Shown: positions 50,235 to 61,824, numbered from the stretch's first letter. The stretch: 64,000 bases of DNA from Candidatus Omnitrophota bacterium (GCA_026387455.1 JAPLLR010000014.1:5052-69051), one strand, 5' to 3'. The notes: generated by a model not told the origin, from the letters alone. Made by a program: numbers and translations.

Positions 50235-52667
50235 ATGTACACACGTAATGAAAAAATAATTCGGGTCAATATTGAAGAAGAAGTAAAGGATTCATATCTG
50301 AATTACGCGATGAGCGTAATCGTCGGCCGCGCCCTTCCGGATGTGCGCGACGGGCTTAAGCCTGTGCATCGCAGGATCCTCTATGCTATGCAGGAGCTAG
50401 GTCTGGAGCATCACAAGCCTTACAAAAAGTGCGCGCGTATCGTCGGTGAAACCATGGGTAAATACCATCCGCATGGCGATGTGGCTATATATGACACCAT
50501 GGTAAGAATGGCGCAGGATTTTTCCCTGCGCTATCCTTTAGTTGACGGGCAGGGAAACTTTGGCTCAGTTGACGGAGACGCCGCGGCAGCCATGCGTTAC
50601 ACCGAGGCGCGTCTGGCCGGTATTTCCGATGAAATGCTCGGGGATATCGATAAGGAAACTGTTAACTTCGGCCCCAATTTCGATTCTTCCTTAAAAGAAC
50701 CGCTTTTATTACCCGCGGCGCTTCCTAATCTTTTGGTTAACGGCTCAAGCGGTATTGCTGTAGGCATGGCCACCAATATTCCGCCGCATAACCTTAATGA
50801 AGTTGCGGACGCCATAATTTATCTTTTGGATAATGTCAACGCCGAGATCAAGGACTTAACGCGTTATATTAAGGGCCCGGATTTTCCCACGGGTGGCGTG
50901 ATCTGTGGAAAAGGCGGGATCAAAGAGGCCTATGAGACCGGAAGGGGTAAGGTGACCGTCCGCGCTCGGGCAACGATTGAGCGCCAAAAGGGCGGTAAAG
51001 ATTTGATTGTGATCAATGAGATCCCCTATCAGGTGCAAAAGGCCGCGCTTATCGAAGCTATCGCCGGCTTGGTGGATGACAAAAAGATAGAGGGAATTTC
51101 CGATATCCGCGATGAGTCGGATAAGGACGGTATGCGCATTGTGGTAGAGCTTAAGCGCGATACCGAATCTCAGATTGTTTTGAACCAGCTTTTTAAACAC
51201 ACCCAGCTGGAAGGCACCTTTGGCATTATTATGCTGGCTTTGGTAGAGAACCGGCCGCGGGTTTTGAATCTGCGCCAGATATTGGACGCATATATCGCGC
51301 ATCGCAAGGTAATCATCCGGCGCAGGACTCAGTTTGATCTGGACAAGGCCCTAAGAAGAGCGCATATTCTGGAAGGTTTAAAGATCGCGGTTAAATTCAT
51401 CGATCGCATCATCAAGGTGATTAAGACTTCCAAGAGCGTAGAAGCGGCTAAAGTCAACCTAATCAAGGAGTTTGATTTCTCCGAGATCCAGGCTCAGGCG
51501 ATCCTGGAAATGCAGCTGCAGCGCCTGACTGCTCTGGAACAGGATAAGCTCGAGGCAGAGTACGCTGAGCTGATGAAGAAGATAGACCTATGCCGGGCGA
51601 TTTTGGCTTCAGAGAAAAAGATCGAAGGCATTATCAAGGAAGAGCTGGAAAACTTAAAGAAAAAATACGGTGATGAGCGCCGCACTGATATTGTAGGCGA
51701 AGTGCAGGAGCTGGAAGTAGAGGATTTGATCGCCGAAGAAGATGTAGTGGTGACTATCAGCCATGGCGGCTACATCAAGCGCTTGCCGGTCAGCTCCTAT
51801 CGCAAGCAAAAGCGCGGCGGCAAGGGCGCAACCGGTGCTGAGGTAAAAGAAGAGGATTTCATAGAGCACCTATTTGTGGCTTCCACCAAGGACCACCTTT
51901 TGATATTTACCGATAAAGGCCAGGTATACTGGCTTAAGGTTTATGAGATCCCGCAGGCAGGACGCACCTCTAAAGGCAAGGCGATTATCAACTCGATTCA
52001 GATTGAAAGTTCTGTTAAGGTAAGTTCAACTATCCCGGTCAAAGAATTCACCGGAGACAAATATTTGGTGATGGTCACTAAGCTTGGCCTGATTAAGAAG
52101 ACAAAGCTGGAGGCTTACGGAAATCCCCGCAAAGGCGGGATTATAGGTATTACCCTTGAAAAGGATGACGCGCTTATTGGAGTCGAGATGACTGATGGCA
52201 AGCAGGAGTTGCTTATCGGCACTCGCCTGGGCAAGGCTATTCGCTTCTCCGAGGAAAAAGTGCGCGATATGGGCCGCGGGGCAAAAGGTGTGCGCGCGGT
52301 GTCCTTAGGGAAAAAAGACCAGGTAATTGATATGGTGGTTGCGCAAAAGGGTAGCGAAGTGCTGACGGTCACTTCGTTGGGATTTGCCAAGCGCACTACT
52401 ATCGACGAATACAGGTTGACTTCCCGCGGTGGAAAAGGCGTGACCAATATCAAGATCACCGATAAAAACGGCGAGGCAGTGAATATCAAGGCGGTCAATG
52501 ACAACGACGAGCTGATGGTGATCACTCAGAATGGCGCATTCTTACGCTGCGCAGTCAAGGATATCCGGGAGACCGGAAGGTCTGCGCAGGGTGTGCGTCT
52601 GATTAAGCTGCAGGATAAGGATCGCGTCTCTTGTATAGCGCCGGTAATTGCCGAGGAAGAAGAATAA
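50235..52667 (+). CDS. gyrA: DNA gyrase subunit A
   Basis: [24 protein letters not shown], GyrA box QKRGGKG. Confidence 0.97.
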   Translation: MYTRNEKIIRVNIEEEVKDSYLNYAMSVIVGRALPDVRDGLKPVHRRILYAMQELGLEHHKPYKKCARIVGETMGKYHPHGDVAIYDTMVRMAQDFSLRYPLVDGQGNFGSVDGDAAAAMRYTEARLAGISDEMLGDIDKETVNFGPNFDSSLKEPLLLPAALPNLLVNGSSGIAVGMATNIPPHNLNEVADAIIYLLDNVNAEIKDLTRYIKGPDFPTGGVICGKGGIKEAYETGRGKVTVRARATIERQKGGKDLIVINEIPYQVQKAALIEAIAGLVDDKKIEGISDIRDESDKDGMRIVVELKRDTESQIVLNQLFKHTQLEGTFGIIMLALVENRPRVLNLRQILDAYIAHRKVIIRRRTQFDLDKALRRAHILEGLKIAVKFIDRIIKVIKTSKSVEAAKVNLIKEFDFSEIQAQAILEMQLQRLTALEQDKLEAEYAELMKKIDLCRAILASEKKIEGIIKEELENLKKKYGDERRTDIVGEVQELEVEDLIAEEDVVVTISHGGYIKRLPVSSYRKQKRGGKGATGAEVKEEDFIEHLFVASTKDHLLIFTDKGQVYWLKVYEIPQAGRTSKGKAIINSIQIESSVKVSSTIPVKEFTGDKYLVMVTKLGLIKKTKLEAYGNPRKGGIIGITLEKDDALIGVEMTDGKQELLIGTRLGKAIRFSEEKVRDMGRGAKGVRAVSLGKKDQVIDMVVAQKGSEVLTVTSLGFAKRTTIDEYRLTSRGGKGVTNIKITDKNGEAVNIKAVNDNDELMVITQNGAFLRCAVKDIRETGRSAQGVRLIKLQDKDRVSCIAPVIAEEEE

Positions 52668-52673
52668 ATTTCT

Positions 52674-52747
52674 GACCCTATCGTCTAGCCTGGTCAGGAC
52701 AAGAGCTTTTCAAGCTCTCGACACGGGTTCGAATCCCGTTAGGGTCA
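52674..52747 (+). tRNA. tRNA-Glu(TTC)
   Basis: GACCCTA acceptor, AGAGC-TTTTCAA-GCTCT, GGTTCGAATCC. Confidence 0.95.
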
Positions 52748-52863
52748 TAGATTTGCCTGAAATTTCTTCAGGCAAATCCATGCCGTCGAGTATGGCAAAA
52801 TTATCGAAGAGAATTTTGTCATACTCGGTGGAGTCTCGCTAAATAAAGGATTAAGGTGCTCGT

Positions 52864-54702
52864 ATGTGTGGTATCATCGGCTACGTCGGTGAAAAGAACG
52901 CCCAGACCATTCTTTTTAATGGCCTGAAGCGTTTGGAATATCGCGGTTACGACTCAAGCGGCATAGCGGTTATCCATCCGCTCAAAAATCTCCCCTCGAT
53001 CAGAAAAGCTGCCGGCAAGATTGGCGCTTTAGAAAAGCTTCTTAAAGCCAAGCCTCTCGCTGGTTCAGTAGGTATTGCCCACACTCGCTGGGCTACGCAC
53101 GGTGAGCCTAATCAGTTCAACGCCCATCCCCATGCCGATTGCAAAAATGAGATCGCTATCGTGCATAACGGGATCATTGAAAATTACGAAATACTTAAGC
53201 ACCAGCTGATCAAGGAAGGCCATATTTTCCGCAGCCACACTGACACTGAAGTCATCGTCCATTTAATTGAGAAATTCTACAAAGATATCCCTCTTGAAGA
53301 AGCGGTGCGTAAAACGGTTAAGTTTCTGGTAGGTTCTTTCGCCCTCGGGGTGATCGCTAAAAAAGAGCCAAATAAGCTGGTAGGTGTGCGCCTGGGCAGC
53401 CCTTTGATCGTTGCCCTTGGAAACAAAGAAAACTTTATTGCTTCAGATGTCCCGGCGGTACTGGAATATACTAATGAGGTGATATTCCTCGAGGAAAATG
53501 AGTTGGCGGTGCTGACCAAAGAAACCTGTCATATATCTGACCTTAAAGGAAAGCCAATCAACCGCAAGCCTACGCGTATTAATTGGAGCATTGCTCAGGC
53601 TCAGAAAAACGGTTACAAGCACTTCATGCTTAAAGAGATTAACGAGCAGCCGGGGGTCATTGAAAATCTTTTGACCTCTCGTATTCAGAAAGGCACCAAC
53701 CGAATAAGCTTTGAAGAGCAGGGTGTTCCGGAGGATAAGCTCAAAGGTATAAAAAATATTTTCATTGTGGCATGTGGTACGGCATATCACGCCGGGCTGG
53801 TGGGTAAATATATTCTGGAAAATGTCTGCGCGATTCCTACTTCGATCGATGTCTCAAGCGAATTTCGCTATCGTGACTTGTTGATTAATAAGGATACTTT
53901 GGTGATTGCGGTAAGCCAGTCAGGGGAGACTGCGGATACCTTAGCTGGCGTGCGCGAGGCGCGTAAGCGCGGGGCGTCGGTGATCTCTATTTGCAATGTT
54001 TTAGGCTCTACCTTAACCCGTGAATCTGACGGTGTGATTTACACCCATGCCGGGCCGGAAATTGGAGTAGCTTCCACCAAGGCCTACACTGCCCAGCAGG
54101 TAGCGTTTTATCTCTTCTCACTATATTTAGCCGAAATACGTAACTCCTTATCCCAGGAGAAGATAAATAAATATATTGAGGGCTTAAGACAGATTCCTAA
54201 GTTTCAGGAACGCTTGCTGAAAGAGCAGGATAAAATCGGAGCTCTTGCCCGTAGGCATTCGCATTTTGGATCATTCCTTTTCCTGGGCCGTAACATCAAT
54301 TATCCCTCTGCTCTGGAAGGCGCGCTTAAATTAAAGGAAATATCTTATATCCCGGCAGAAGGTTATCCTGCTGGTGAGATGAAGCATGGGCCGATTGCTT
54401 TGATCGACGAATACCGAGCAGTGGTTTGTGTGGCTGTGCAGTCCAAGATTTACGACAAGGTAACTTCCAATATCCAGGAGATCCATTCCCGTCGGGGAAG
54501 AATTATTGTCATTGCCTCCGAAGGGGATAAGGAGATCAAAGAGCTGACTAAAGAAGTTATCTATGTTCCCAGAACCGAAGAATTTTTTTCACCCCTGATA
54601 GTTGCTCTTCCTTTGCAGCTGTTGGCGTATCACATCGCTCTCAAGCGCGGATGTGATGTGGACCAGCCGCGGAATCTGGCTAAGTCGGTTACTGTAGAGT
54701 AA
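52864..54702 (+). CDS. glmS: Glutamine--fructose-6-phosphate transaminase
   Basis: MCGI, LEYRGYDS, HTRWATHG, SQSGET, PRNLAKSVTVE. Confidence 0.97.
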   Translation: MCGIIGYVGEKNAQTILFNGLKRLEYRGYDSSGIAVIHPLKNLPSIRKAAGKIGALEKLLKAKPLAGSVGIAHTRWATHGEPNQFNAHPHADCKNEIAIVHNGIIENYEILKHQLIKEGHIFRSHTDTEVIVHLIEKFYKDIPLEEAVRKTVKFLVGSFALGVIAKKEPNKLVGVRLGSPLIVALGNKENFIASDVPAVLEYTNEVIFLEENELAVLTKETCHISDLKGKPINRKPTRINWSIAQAQKNGYKHFMLKEINEQPGVIENLLTSRIQKGTNRISFEEQGVPEDKLKGIKNIFIVACGTAYHAGLVGKYILENVCAIPTSIDVSSEFRYRDLLINKDTLVIAVSQSGETADTLAGVREARKRGASVISICNVLGSTLTRESDGVIYTHAGPEIGVASTKAYTAQQVAFYLFSLYLAEIRNSLSQEKINKYIEGLRQIPKFQERLLKEQDKIGALARRHSHFGSFLFLGRNINYPSALEGALKLKEISYIPAEGYPAGEMKHGPIALIDEYRAVVCVAVQSKIYDKVTSNIQEIHSRRGRIIVIASEGDKEIKELTKEVIYVPRTEEFFSPLIVALPLQLLAYHIALKRGCDVDQPRNLAKSVTVE

Positions 54703-55355
54703 TGCTCTACATCGTCGCAACACCAATAGGTAATCTCAAAGATATAACTTTTCGCGCCGTAGAGGTCCTTAAGTCTGTCGACGCAATAGCCTGCGAAGAT
54801 ACCCGCCACACCAAAATCCTTCTCAACCATTACGGAATAAAAACTCCGACCACTAGTTTTTTCCAGCACAATAGATTTATCAAAGCCGAATATTTAATCA
54901 ACCTTTTGAAAGCGGGTAAGAATATCGCGCTAGTTTCTGACGCGGGAATGCCGGGCATACTTGATCCCGGATACAATCTCATCAATACTGCGATAGAAAA
55001 TAAAATCGAGGTTACGGTTATACCAGGGGCAACTGCATTCATTAACGCGCTTGTTTTGTCGGGAAAGCCGGCGCACGAATTTCATTTCATCGGATTTCTG
55101 CCTAATAAAAAAATCGCGCGGAAAAATAAATTACGTAAAATTTCAAAATTAAAATGCACAATAGTTTTTTATGAATCTTGCCATAGGATAATCTCTTGCC
55201 TTGAAGACATTCAGGAAATTTTTGGAGAAAAAGAAATTGTTTTAGCCCGCGAGCTGACTAAGAAGTTTGAAGAGGTTTTGCGGGGGAGCGCAGAATTAAT
55301 TCTAAAAAAATTTCAGGATTCCCCTCCCCGCGGAGAATTTGTAGCCATTATTTAG
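54702..55355 (+). CDS. rsmI: 16S rRNA C1402 2'-O-methyltransferase
   Basis: VATPIGNL.DIT.RA, EDTR, VSDAG.P, RELTK.FEE. Confidence 0.95.
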   Translation: MLYIVATPIGNLKDITFRAVEVLKSVDAIACEDTRHTKILLNHYGIKTPTTSFFQHNRFIKAEYLINLLKAGKNIALVSDAGMPGILDPGYNLINTAIENKIEVTVIPGATAFINALVLSGKPAHEFHFIGFLPNKKIARKNKLRKISKLKCTIVFYESCHRIISCLEDIQEIFGEKEIVLARELTKKFEEVLRGSAELILKKFQDSPPRGEFVAII

Positions 55356-55477
55356 CCTGTCAGTTTGGACAAATGCTACCTTATAATTGTCCAATCTTAT
55401 GAATTTTACCCTTATTCCTTCCTAACTTCTCCTAACTACTGCTTTTGCAACCGCTTTCCTAAGCCCCTGGAATAGTC

Positions 55478-55505
55478 TTGAAGTTCCCTACCCATAAGGC
55501 ATACT
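55478..55505 (+). promoter_or_regulatory. Candidate promoter of the 1867-aa gene
   Basis: TTGAAG-16 nt-CATACT, implying a start site near 55511-55512. Confidence 0.4.
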
Positions 55506-55569
55506 CTATATGTATTGGCTGATAGACTTATAATCAAATAACAAGCTAAATCAAAAACCTAAGGAAGCG

Positions 55570-58500
55570 ATGTCTTCAAAGCCACGGAAGATATTTAAAT
55601 TAATTTCTATATTTTTGTGTCTATCTTTATTCCTTCAGCAATCCGGGTTTGCCCAAGTTGCCGGTGAGCTGAATATCGCAGGACACATCGCCTCACTTCG
55701 CAATTCTCTTACGCAGGATAAATTCCGGCCGCTGCATTTACGCTTCCTTTCTTACAATCCGCAGGAAAATAATTTTCGGTTATTGTTAGATAAGGGAAAT
55801 TTTAAAAATCCAAATAATTCTGAAATCGAGGATGCCTCAAAAATAATTTTGAAATATTTTTTCATCGGCATCTCTTTACCCAATGATTCCTTCTGGGTGA
55901 ACCTGCGCCCGGATTCGCCGGATAATATCATTGATGAGGATCTGGCTAAAACCGATATCGGTAAGGTATTTCTGGAATCGGACTTACAATTGAAGAAAGA
56001 TACAGCTAAGGCCACTTCTCCGGAAACTCCTGAAGGCCGAGAATATTGGAATAAGCTATATCAGAAAGCAGGAGAGCTTTTTGGTGCAAGTAATATTACT
56101 ATCCCTACGCTTACCCGGCCCTGGATAGTTCCCGGTGAAATCATCATCCGCGAAACAGGTGACTCTGCCTACATTTATAAAGCTACGCTTAAAGTTATGC
56201 TGGAGCAGGATTATCTTAAAAACGATGCCGTATATAACTTTAAAGACGAAAAACTAAAACAGCTTAATGAATATGCATCGCAACTCGTGCGCGAATTAAT
56301 TATCCCTAAGCTTACCAAAGAGATCAATACTTCTAAAAGATACGCCTCGCTAAGACAGGTTTACTATTCCCTCATTATGGCTCATTGGTTTAAGAGCAGA
56401 TTTTCCGGGAAATCCGGCCTTTATGCTTCGCTCATCGATAGGCGTAACTTAAACGGTCTTAACAGTTTAATTCCCTGTTCCAAAGAAAACTATTTTAAAG
56501 AATACCAAAAGTCCTTTAAAGAAGGGGAGTATAACATTCAGGAGTCTATTCAGACGCCCTTTGGGCAGACAATTAGAAGTTATTTTTCCGGTGGGATTGA
56601 GGTGGGAGGGGTTGGGGTTTCGAAAGCGATCGTTAATGGAGCAAGGGTTACGTCTACCAGAGAAGCTCCGGCAAAAACTTTTAACGTGAGAGAGGTGTTT
56701 GGTCGATCTACCTCAGCAGCGCCGTATTCAATAGAGGCAAAAGCAGGGCCAGAAAATGTATCCGCCCCCGAAGCGAGCGCAGTCCTAAGCAAATCAGGGG
56801 GTGTTGGTAAGGTTACTATTCGCGCTGATGAGCGAGAGGAAGCGCGATTTGCCACTTTAAACGAAGCGTTTGTTCATGTCCGAGAGAGGATTAAAGAAAC
56901 CGATCGTCCCGTGATACTCTTGTTTTCCGGAAAGTCTAATACGGGGAAAAGTACACTGCTTAGTGCGATTCTACGGCCTGAAGAACGCCAAAGAACCAAA
57001 GAGCTGTATGAGTATGATGTCGGAATCTTGGGTTTAAAACCGCAGGATGTCTTAGGCATAAGAGACCGCGATTTCTGGGCATATTTTGAGAGGACTAAAA
57101 GAGGAGAAGAGACTCCTTCCGAAATCTATGAAGCATTATATCCTTATTTACAGGCACTAATAGGAGACAAAGATTTATTGAAGGGCATGACCGAAGGGAA
57201 ATACCTCAGTTATTTTGTTAATGAGCACCTGCCGCAATTGCTGCAAAGTCAAAATAAGAGCGTGGTTATCTGGGATGAAGCTTTTGCTGAAGGTAGATTT
57301 GCATTGGCTAGAAGGTATATTCCGCAAACCAAGACCCCGTTTACTGTTATCAGCCTGACCATAGAAGAAGGCCAGGGGGGCGTCGGCCGTTCGGCAAGAG
57401 TGAGTTCTTGGGAATGGGGAAGGCAAGAAGCTGCTCTCGTCTCCGCCCCCGCTGCCTCTTCGGCGATGGGAATTATACCTGTAGGCGAGTCTGAGCAAAA
57501 GGTAACCCAAGGTAATGATTATGGTACAGAGTTTGATACGCTTATGAAAGAAGAGCTTGAAAAAGAAATAAAATCCCAGAAAGGTTTTTCCCCATTTCAG
57601 GTACAAAGAGCCGAGGAGATCGATATTAGGAATGTCTATATTGTGGATTATGCTCCTGCTGGAGGCCGAGTATACCGTGCAGAGTCTTCAGGGAGCGATA
57701 ACTTTCTTATCTTTGCCGACAAAAACGAAAATGTTATTGCTGTTGCCGTAGATAGCGGAGGAGAGAATAGTTTTGGTATTTCGCGAATTGGCGGTAGGGA
57801 TATGCAGACCGGATATACCATGCTTGAAGAGGAGAGCCGAGCAGTAATTGCTAAGAAATTTGTAGAATATAAAACCGTAGAGGCCAGAATAAAAGATAGG
57901 AGCGAGGAATTCGGTTCTATGGTTAGGGAGCCCAAGATCGCCAAGATGTTCCTTCCGTTGATAAATCCTTATTTTAGCATAGAAGACCTTAGAAATTATT
58001 TTATAGAAAACTCAGTCATTAGAAATCTTGTAAGGCATTTAGGGGCAGAAGCAATTCTTACCTTTCAAAGAGATATACTGTTTGAATACAAGCTTAAACG
58101 GGCAAGCGGGATTTCAAGCAGCGGGCATACGGCTTATAGCCTACAGTATTATCGGATGAGGGATAAAGACTCTCTGCCGCACATTGAATCAGTCGCTCAC
58201 GAATTCACCCATGAAATATTTAGAAGATTAGATAAATTAGACACTTCCGCAAGAATTGATCTCGCCAAATATTTTTTTGATAATCGCAAAAGCCTAGAAG
58301 CCGTTATAAGAAGCAGTCCGCTATATAAGGATAGAATCAGAGATGCCATTTTGACCGAAATGCTTGCTTATATAGTGGGAAATCTTGCTAGAGGCAATCT
58401 GATGGTCACAGTTGGCAGCGGTATTGATGAAATCCAAAAGAGCGACGTAGCGATTTTATTAAAGCACAAATTATTACCAGCTGAGTTTGAAGGTTTGTTT

Positions 58501-61173
58501 TCTGATGGCATAGCAGGGATAAAGCCAGGCGAACGTATATACACAGAAGATTTAGCCAGGGTTTCTCCTCAGGCAAGAGAGATATTGCAAAGAACAAGGC
58601 CAACAGGAAACGCATCGGGTCGGGAAACCGTTCCTCCCGCCGTGCAATCCGACCTTGGCGCGCAGGTGGCTAATGCCAGGAACCTTCAGGTGCTGATGCG
58701 GTATTTGGGTCGCTATGTTGTGGAGACAGGGCAGCTCGGGCCAGCGCGTTTAAGCGCTAGATTTTCCAGCGAAGCGGAATTTATGAATGGGGTGATTGCG
58801 CAGCTTGACAATTTGGTAAGCGAGCAGGAGGATGCCTTCGGCAACAAAATTGTGATCATTAACGAATCGCAGGTGCGGAAAGGCGATTTTGCTTATGAGA
58901 TGATTCAGACTATTCGCTCTCGGCTCATCCGTCCGCAGGAAGGAGTCAAGGCAGTGAACTTCTTCGCTTCGGACGGTAAATGGACAGTGCTGATGTTTAG
59001 CCAGGAAGCCCGGGACCCCGCTAACTTAAGACACGAACAAAGGGAGATCGCTTTGCGTAAGCTAGGCCTTAGCTGGCGTTCAGCGCACGAATTAGTAGAG
59101 GCTGGTCGGGATAGTTTTGTCGAAGGAAACTTAAACAGCCAGGAAAAGCAGGAAATTACTGACAAGCTCGGGCAGCTGAAAGCAATCCTCCAAGATAGCA
59201 GCATCCCGCAGGCAAAGCGCGATCTTCTCTTCCGCGTCATTACCGATGATGCCGCTTTATTGACGATACTCGGCCTTAAGCCGGTTACAGTTCAAATCAA
59301 CGGATCTGGCTTTGCAAGCACTAACGCAGCCGATCTTAATGAGATTTTGCAAAAAGTGAACAGTCTTTTGACAATACGGCGCCTGGAAATTGACGGTAAG
59401 AACGTTGGATTGTTATTTGTGGATTGCCTTAAGGCCGGGATGATACTTGGTGATAATAATTCGGGTTCAGTTGTGGCTCATGTAGAAGATTTGGTCATAG
59501 GAGGCCGCAGTACAGATTTGCTTACCCTTGACCGCAGTTCTGAAATAAAGGGATTTTTGCATGGCATACCCGCAACTGAAGCGCGGGAAGACCTTCAAAG
59601 AGGGGGAAGGACTTTAATAACAGTGTTCAGTCCGCTTTCCGGAAGGCAGGCATTTGGATGGTCAGCGCTTGATCCACAAAGCCAAGATAATAACCGTGCC
59701 TTTGGCCGTTATCAAGAGGCCTACATCATTGCCGGAAGAGTTTTAGGTAACGCTTTATTGGAGGAATACCGCAGGTCCTGGCGAGAAGATGTCGGCGCTC
59801 AGGAAGAGCCCGGAGCTTTTACTGATGTTCCCGACGGAATCTATCTTGCAGAAACACTGACAACTACGTCCAGGTCTCCAGATGATATCTCGCGGGAAAT
59901 TACCGCTGTAATGAATGAGAGTTTTAATCTGGGCTTTTCAGATGCCGAAGTCGATCAGCAGAAGGTAGCTTATTCTAACCTAACTAAGAGTAATTTTGGG
60001 GGGTCGCGTACTATATTGGCGGCAGTGAGGGGCGGGAGAATGGTTGGCGCTCTGAATGCCTTTGAGCGCTCCGGAGGAAAAAGCTGGCACATAGCCAGTC
60101 TGGGGGTGAAGCCAGGAGATCAGCGGGGTAGTGTAGGCACAGGACTAGCGGACCAATTTATTAAGGGCCTAATTATTTCTACCGAAGCGCGTGAGTTTGA
60201 TATTGAAGTATCTCCTGCAGCGATCGATTTCTGGGAGAGATATTTTGTGAAGAGAGGTATTGATTCCTCAGAGCGTAGGTCGGACTGGTGGCTTGAAGCT
60301 AAGCCGCCATATACCGACGCGCGCGGCCATAAATTTTTTACCGTAACCATTAATACAAAGATTGCTGCGACTCAGTCGGAGCCACTCGAATCCGCAATCG
60401 CCGATATGGTCAAGAGTAAAAAAGGCGAAGTAGTGGTTACAGCGGATAACGGGGAAAGATTTGTGTTCCGGTATTCCCATGCTGGCTCCAATGAGGAAAT
60501 CGGTTGGCGGGAAAGTAGGTATAAGGTAGAGGTGTTTTCTGAGGGTCGGACAAACCCCGTAGGGTTTGTACATTTTTCTGTTCATGAACCAACAGAAAGA
60601 TTGTTGGAGCGGGATTCATGGAGAAAAACTTTTGCCCTGGTATCTTTGTCTTTTAAGGGGGAAGGCGACAATAATGCCATCTTTGTGGAGAATAATTACC
60701 GTGAATCCGGTATCGGCACGTCTCTTATGGGTTTTGCTATGCGCTTGGCAATACAGATGGGCGCAGAAAAATTTGAAGCGCAGCCGGTAATAAATGATGG
60801 GTTTTTTAAGAGTCTAGGTTTTAATTATCTAGGAAAAGATTTGCACGAAGACAACGCTTATGATTTTCGGTTTAACAAAGGAAAAGAGCTTCCGCAGATA
60901 GCGATTCATTTTCAGAAAGCAAATTCTGATGCAAAAGGTAGAACCGGTGGCATTGATTTCCGCGCACTCCCGATTACCATACAGCCGCCGATTCTTCCAC
61001 AGGGGCTGCCCCCATCAGGGCTATCCTCTGGCTTATCAAAGGGGGCTGTCCCCGGATTCGCGTTAAAGCAATTGCTTGTTCTTCTGGAGTCGGATAAGCC
61101 GGCCGTAGAATTAAAGCTGGCGCTAAGCGGTATTGAGGTTACATCAAAGGAACCATTACTGGTTACACCGTAA
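55570..61173 (+). CDS. Large secreted modular protein (signal peptide, N-terminal domain, P-loop, HExxH, two GNAT-like domains, GGIDF tail)
   Basis: Signal peptide ending GFA; SGKSNTGKST; AHEFTHE; LGVKPGDQRGSVGT; FVENNYRESGIGT..FFKSLGF; GGIDFRALP. Confidence 0.8.
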   Translation: MSSKPRKIFKLISIFLCLSLFLQQSGFAQVAGELNIAGHIASLRNSLTQDKFRPLHLRFLSYNPQENNFRLLLDKGNFKNPNNSEIEDASKIILKYFFIGISLPNDSFWVNLRPDSPDNIIDEDLAKTDIGKVFLESDLQLKKDTAKATSPETPEGREYWNKLYQKAGELFGASNITIPTLTRPWIVPGEIIIRETGDSAYIYKATLKVMLEQDYLKNDAVYNFKDEKLKQLNEYASQLVRELIIPKLTKEINTSKRYASLRQVYYSLIMAHWFKSRFSGKSGLYASLIDRRNLNGLNSLIPCSKENYFKEYQKSFKEGEYNIQESIQTPFGQTIRSYFSGGIEVGGVGVSKAIVNGARVTSTREAPAKTFNVREVFGRSTSAAPYSIEAKAGPENVSAPEASAVLSKSGGVGKVTIRADEREEARFATLNEAFVHVRERIKETDRPVILLFSGKSNTGKSTLLSAILRPEERQRTKELYEYDVGILGLKPQDVLGIRDRDFWAYFERTKRGEETPSEIYEALYPYLQALIGDKDLLKGMTEGKYLSYFVNEHLPQLLQSQNKSVVIWDEAFAEGRFALARRYIPQTKTPFTVISLTIEEGQGGVGRSARVSSWEWGRQEAALVSAPAASSAMGIIPVGESEQKVTQGNDYGTEFDTLMKEELEKEIKSQKGFSPFQVQRAEEIDIRNVYIVDYAPAGGRVYRAESSGSDNFLIFADKNENVIAVAVDSGGENSFGISRIGGRDMQTGYTMLEEESRAVIAKKFVEYKTVEARIKDRSEEFGSMVREPKIAKMFLPLINPYFSIEDLRNYFIENSVIRNLVRHLGAEAILTFQRDILFEYKLKRASGISSSGHTAYSLQYYRMRDKDSLPHIESVAHEFTHEIFRRLDKLDTSARIDLAKYFFDNRKSLEAVIRSSPLYKDRIRDAILTEMLAYIVGNLARGNLMVTVGSGIDEIQKSDVAILLKHKLLPAEFEGLFSDGIAGIKPGERIYTEDLARVSPQAREILQRTRPTGNASGRETVPPAVQSDLGAQVANARNLQVLMRYLGRYVVETGQLGPARLSARFSSEAEFMNGVIAQLDNLVSEQEDAFGNKIVIINESQVRKGDFAYEMIQTIRSRLIRPQEGVKAVNFFASDGKWTVLMFSQEARDPANLRHEQREIALRKLGLSWRSAHELVEAGRDSFVEGNLNSQEKQEITDKLGQLKAILQDSSIPQAKRDLLFRVITDDAALLTILGLKPVTVQINGSGFASTNAADLNEILQKVNSLLTIRRLEIDGKNVGLLFVDCLKAGMILGDNNSGSVVAHVEDLVIGGRSTDLLTLDRSSEIKGFLHGIPATEAREDLQRGGRTLITVFSPLSGRQAFGWSALDPQSQDNNRAFGRYQEAYIIAGRVLGNALLEEYRRSWREDVGAQEEPGAFTDVPDGIYLAETLTTTSRSPDDISREITAVMNESFNLGFSDAEVDQQKVAYSNLTKSNFGGSRTILAAVRGGRMVGALNAFERSGGKSWHIASLGVKPGDQRGSVGTGLADQFIKGLIISTEAREFDIEVSPAAIDFWERYFVKRGIDSSERRSDWWLEAKPPYTDARGHKFFTVTINTKIAATQSEPLESAIADMVKSKKGEVVVTADNGERFVFRYSHAGSNEEIGWRESRYKVEVFSEGRTNPVGFVHFSVHEPTERLLERDSWRKTFALVSLSFKGEGDNNAIFVENNYRESGIGTSLMGFAMRLAIQMGAEKFEAQPVINDGFFKSLGFNYLGKDLHEDNAYDFRFNKGKELPQIAIHFQKANSDAKGRTGGIDFRALPITIQPPILPQGLPPSGLSSGLSKGAVPGFALKQLLVLLESDKPAVELKLALSGIEVTSKEPLLVTP

Positions 61174-61193
61174 AAATCTGGATTTAACAAAAT

Positions 61194-61254
61194 AGGGGCG
61201 TCCTTCCTGAATAGGTTTATCAGCCAATAAATCCTCGTTCAGGCGCCCCTTTTT
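61194..61254 (+). terminator. Long composite intrinsic terminator
   Basis: AGGGGCG/CGCCCCT, CCTGAA/TTCAGG, AGGTTTAT/ATAAATCCT stems followed by T run. Confidence 0.75.
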
Positions 61255-61270
61255 GTTTGTCAACTTTGCC

Positions 61271-61299
61271 TTGACATCAACCGGATTCGATGGTATATT
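61271..61299 (+). promoter_or_regulatory. pyr operon promoter
   Basis: TTGACA-17 nt-TATATT with extended -10 TG. Confidence 0.75.
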
Positions 61300-61313
61300 T
61301 ACACTAACAATTT

Positions 61314-61418
61314 AACCTTTAAGGCCAGCCCAGAGAGGCTGGCAAGGTGAGGAAATGAATCACGCTAAAGTAAAACATAACCGGTCCTTAGCAATAAAAC
61401 AGCTAAGGACCTTTTTTT
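61314..61418 (+). promoter_or_regulatory. PyrR-binding leader and attenuator
   Basis: CCTTTAAG-GCCAGCC-CAGAGA-GGCTGGC-AAGG resembles the PyrR binding loop; terminator GGTCCTTAGC/GCTAAGGACC-T7. Confidence 0.8.

Positions 61419-61824
<406 letters not shown>

Noticed and set aside
52748-52863. glmS ribozyme upstream of glmS
   Set aside because: The spacer is filled by two repeat-family hairpins; the conserved ribozyme core is not recognisable
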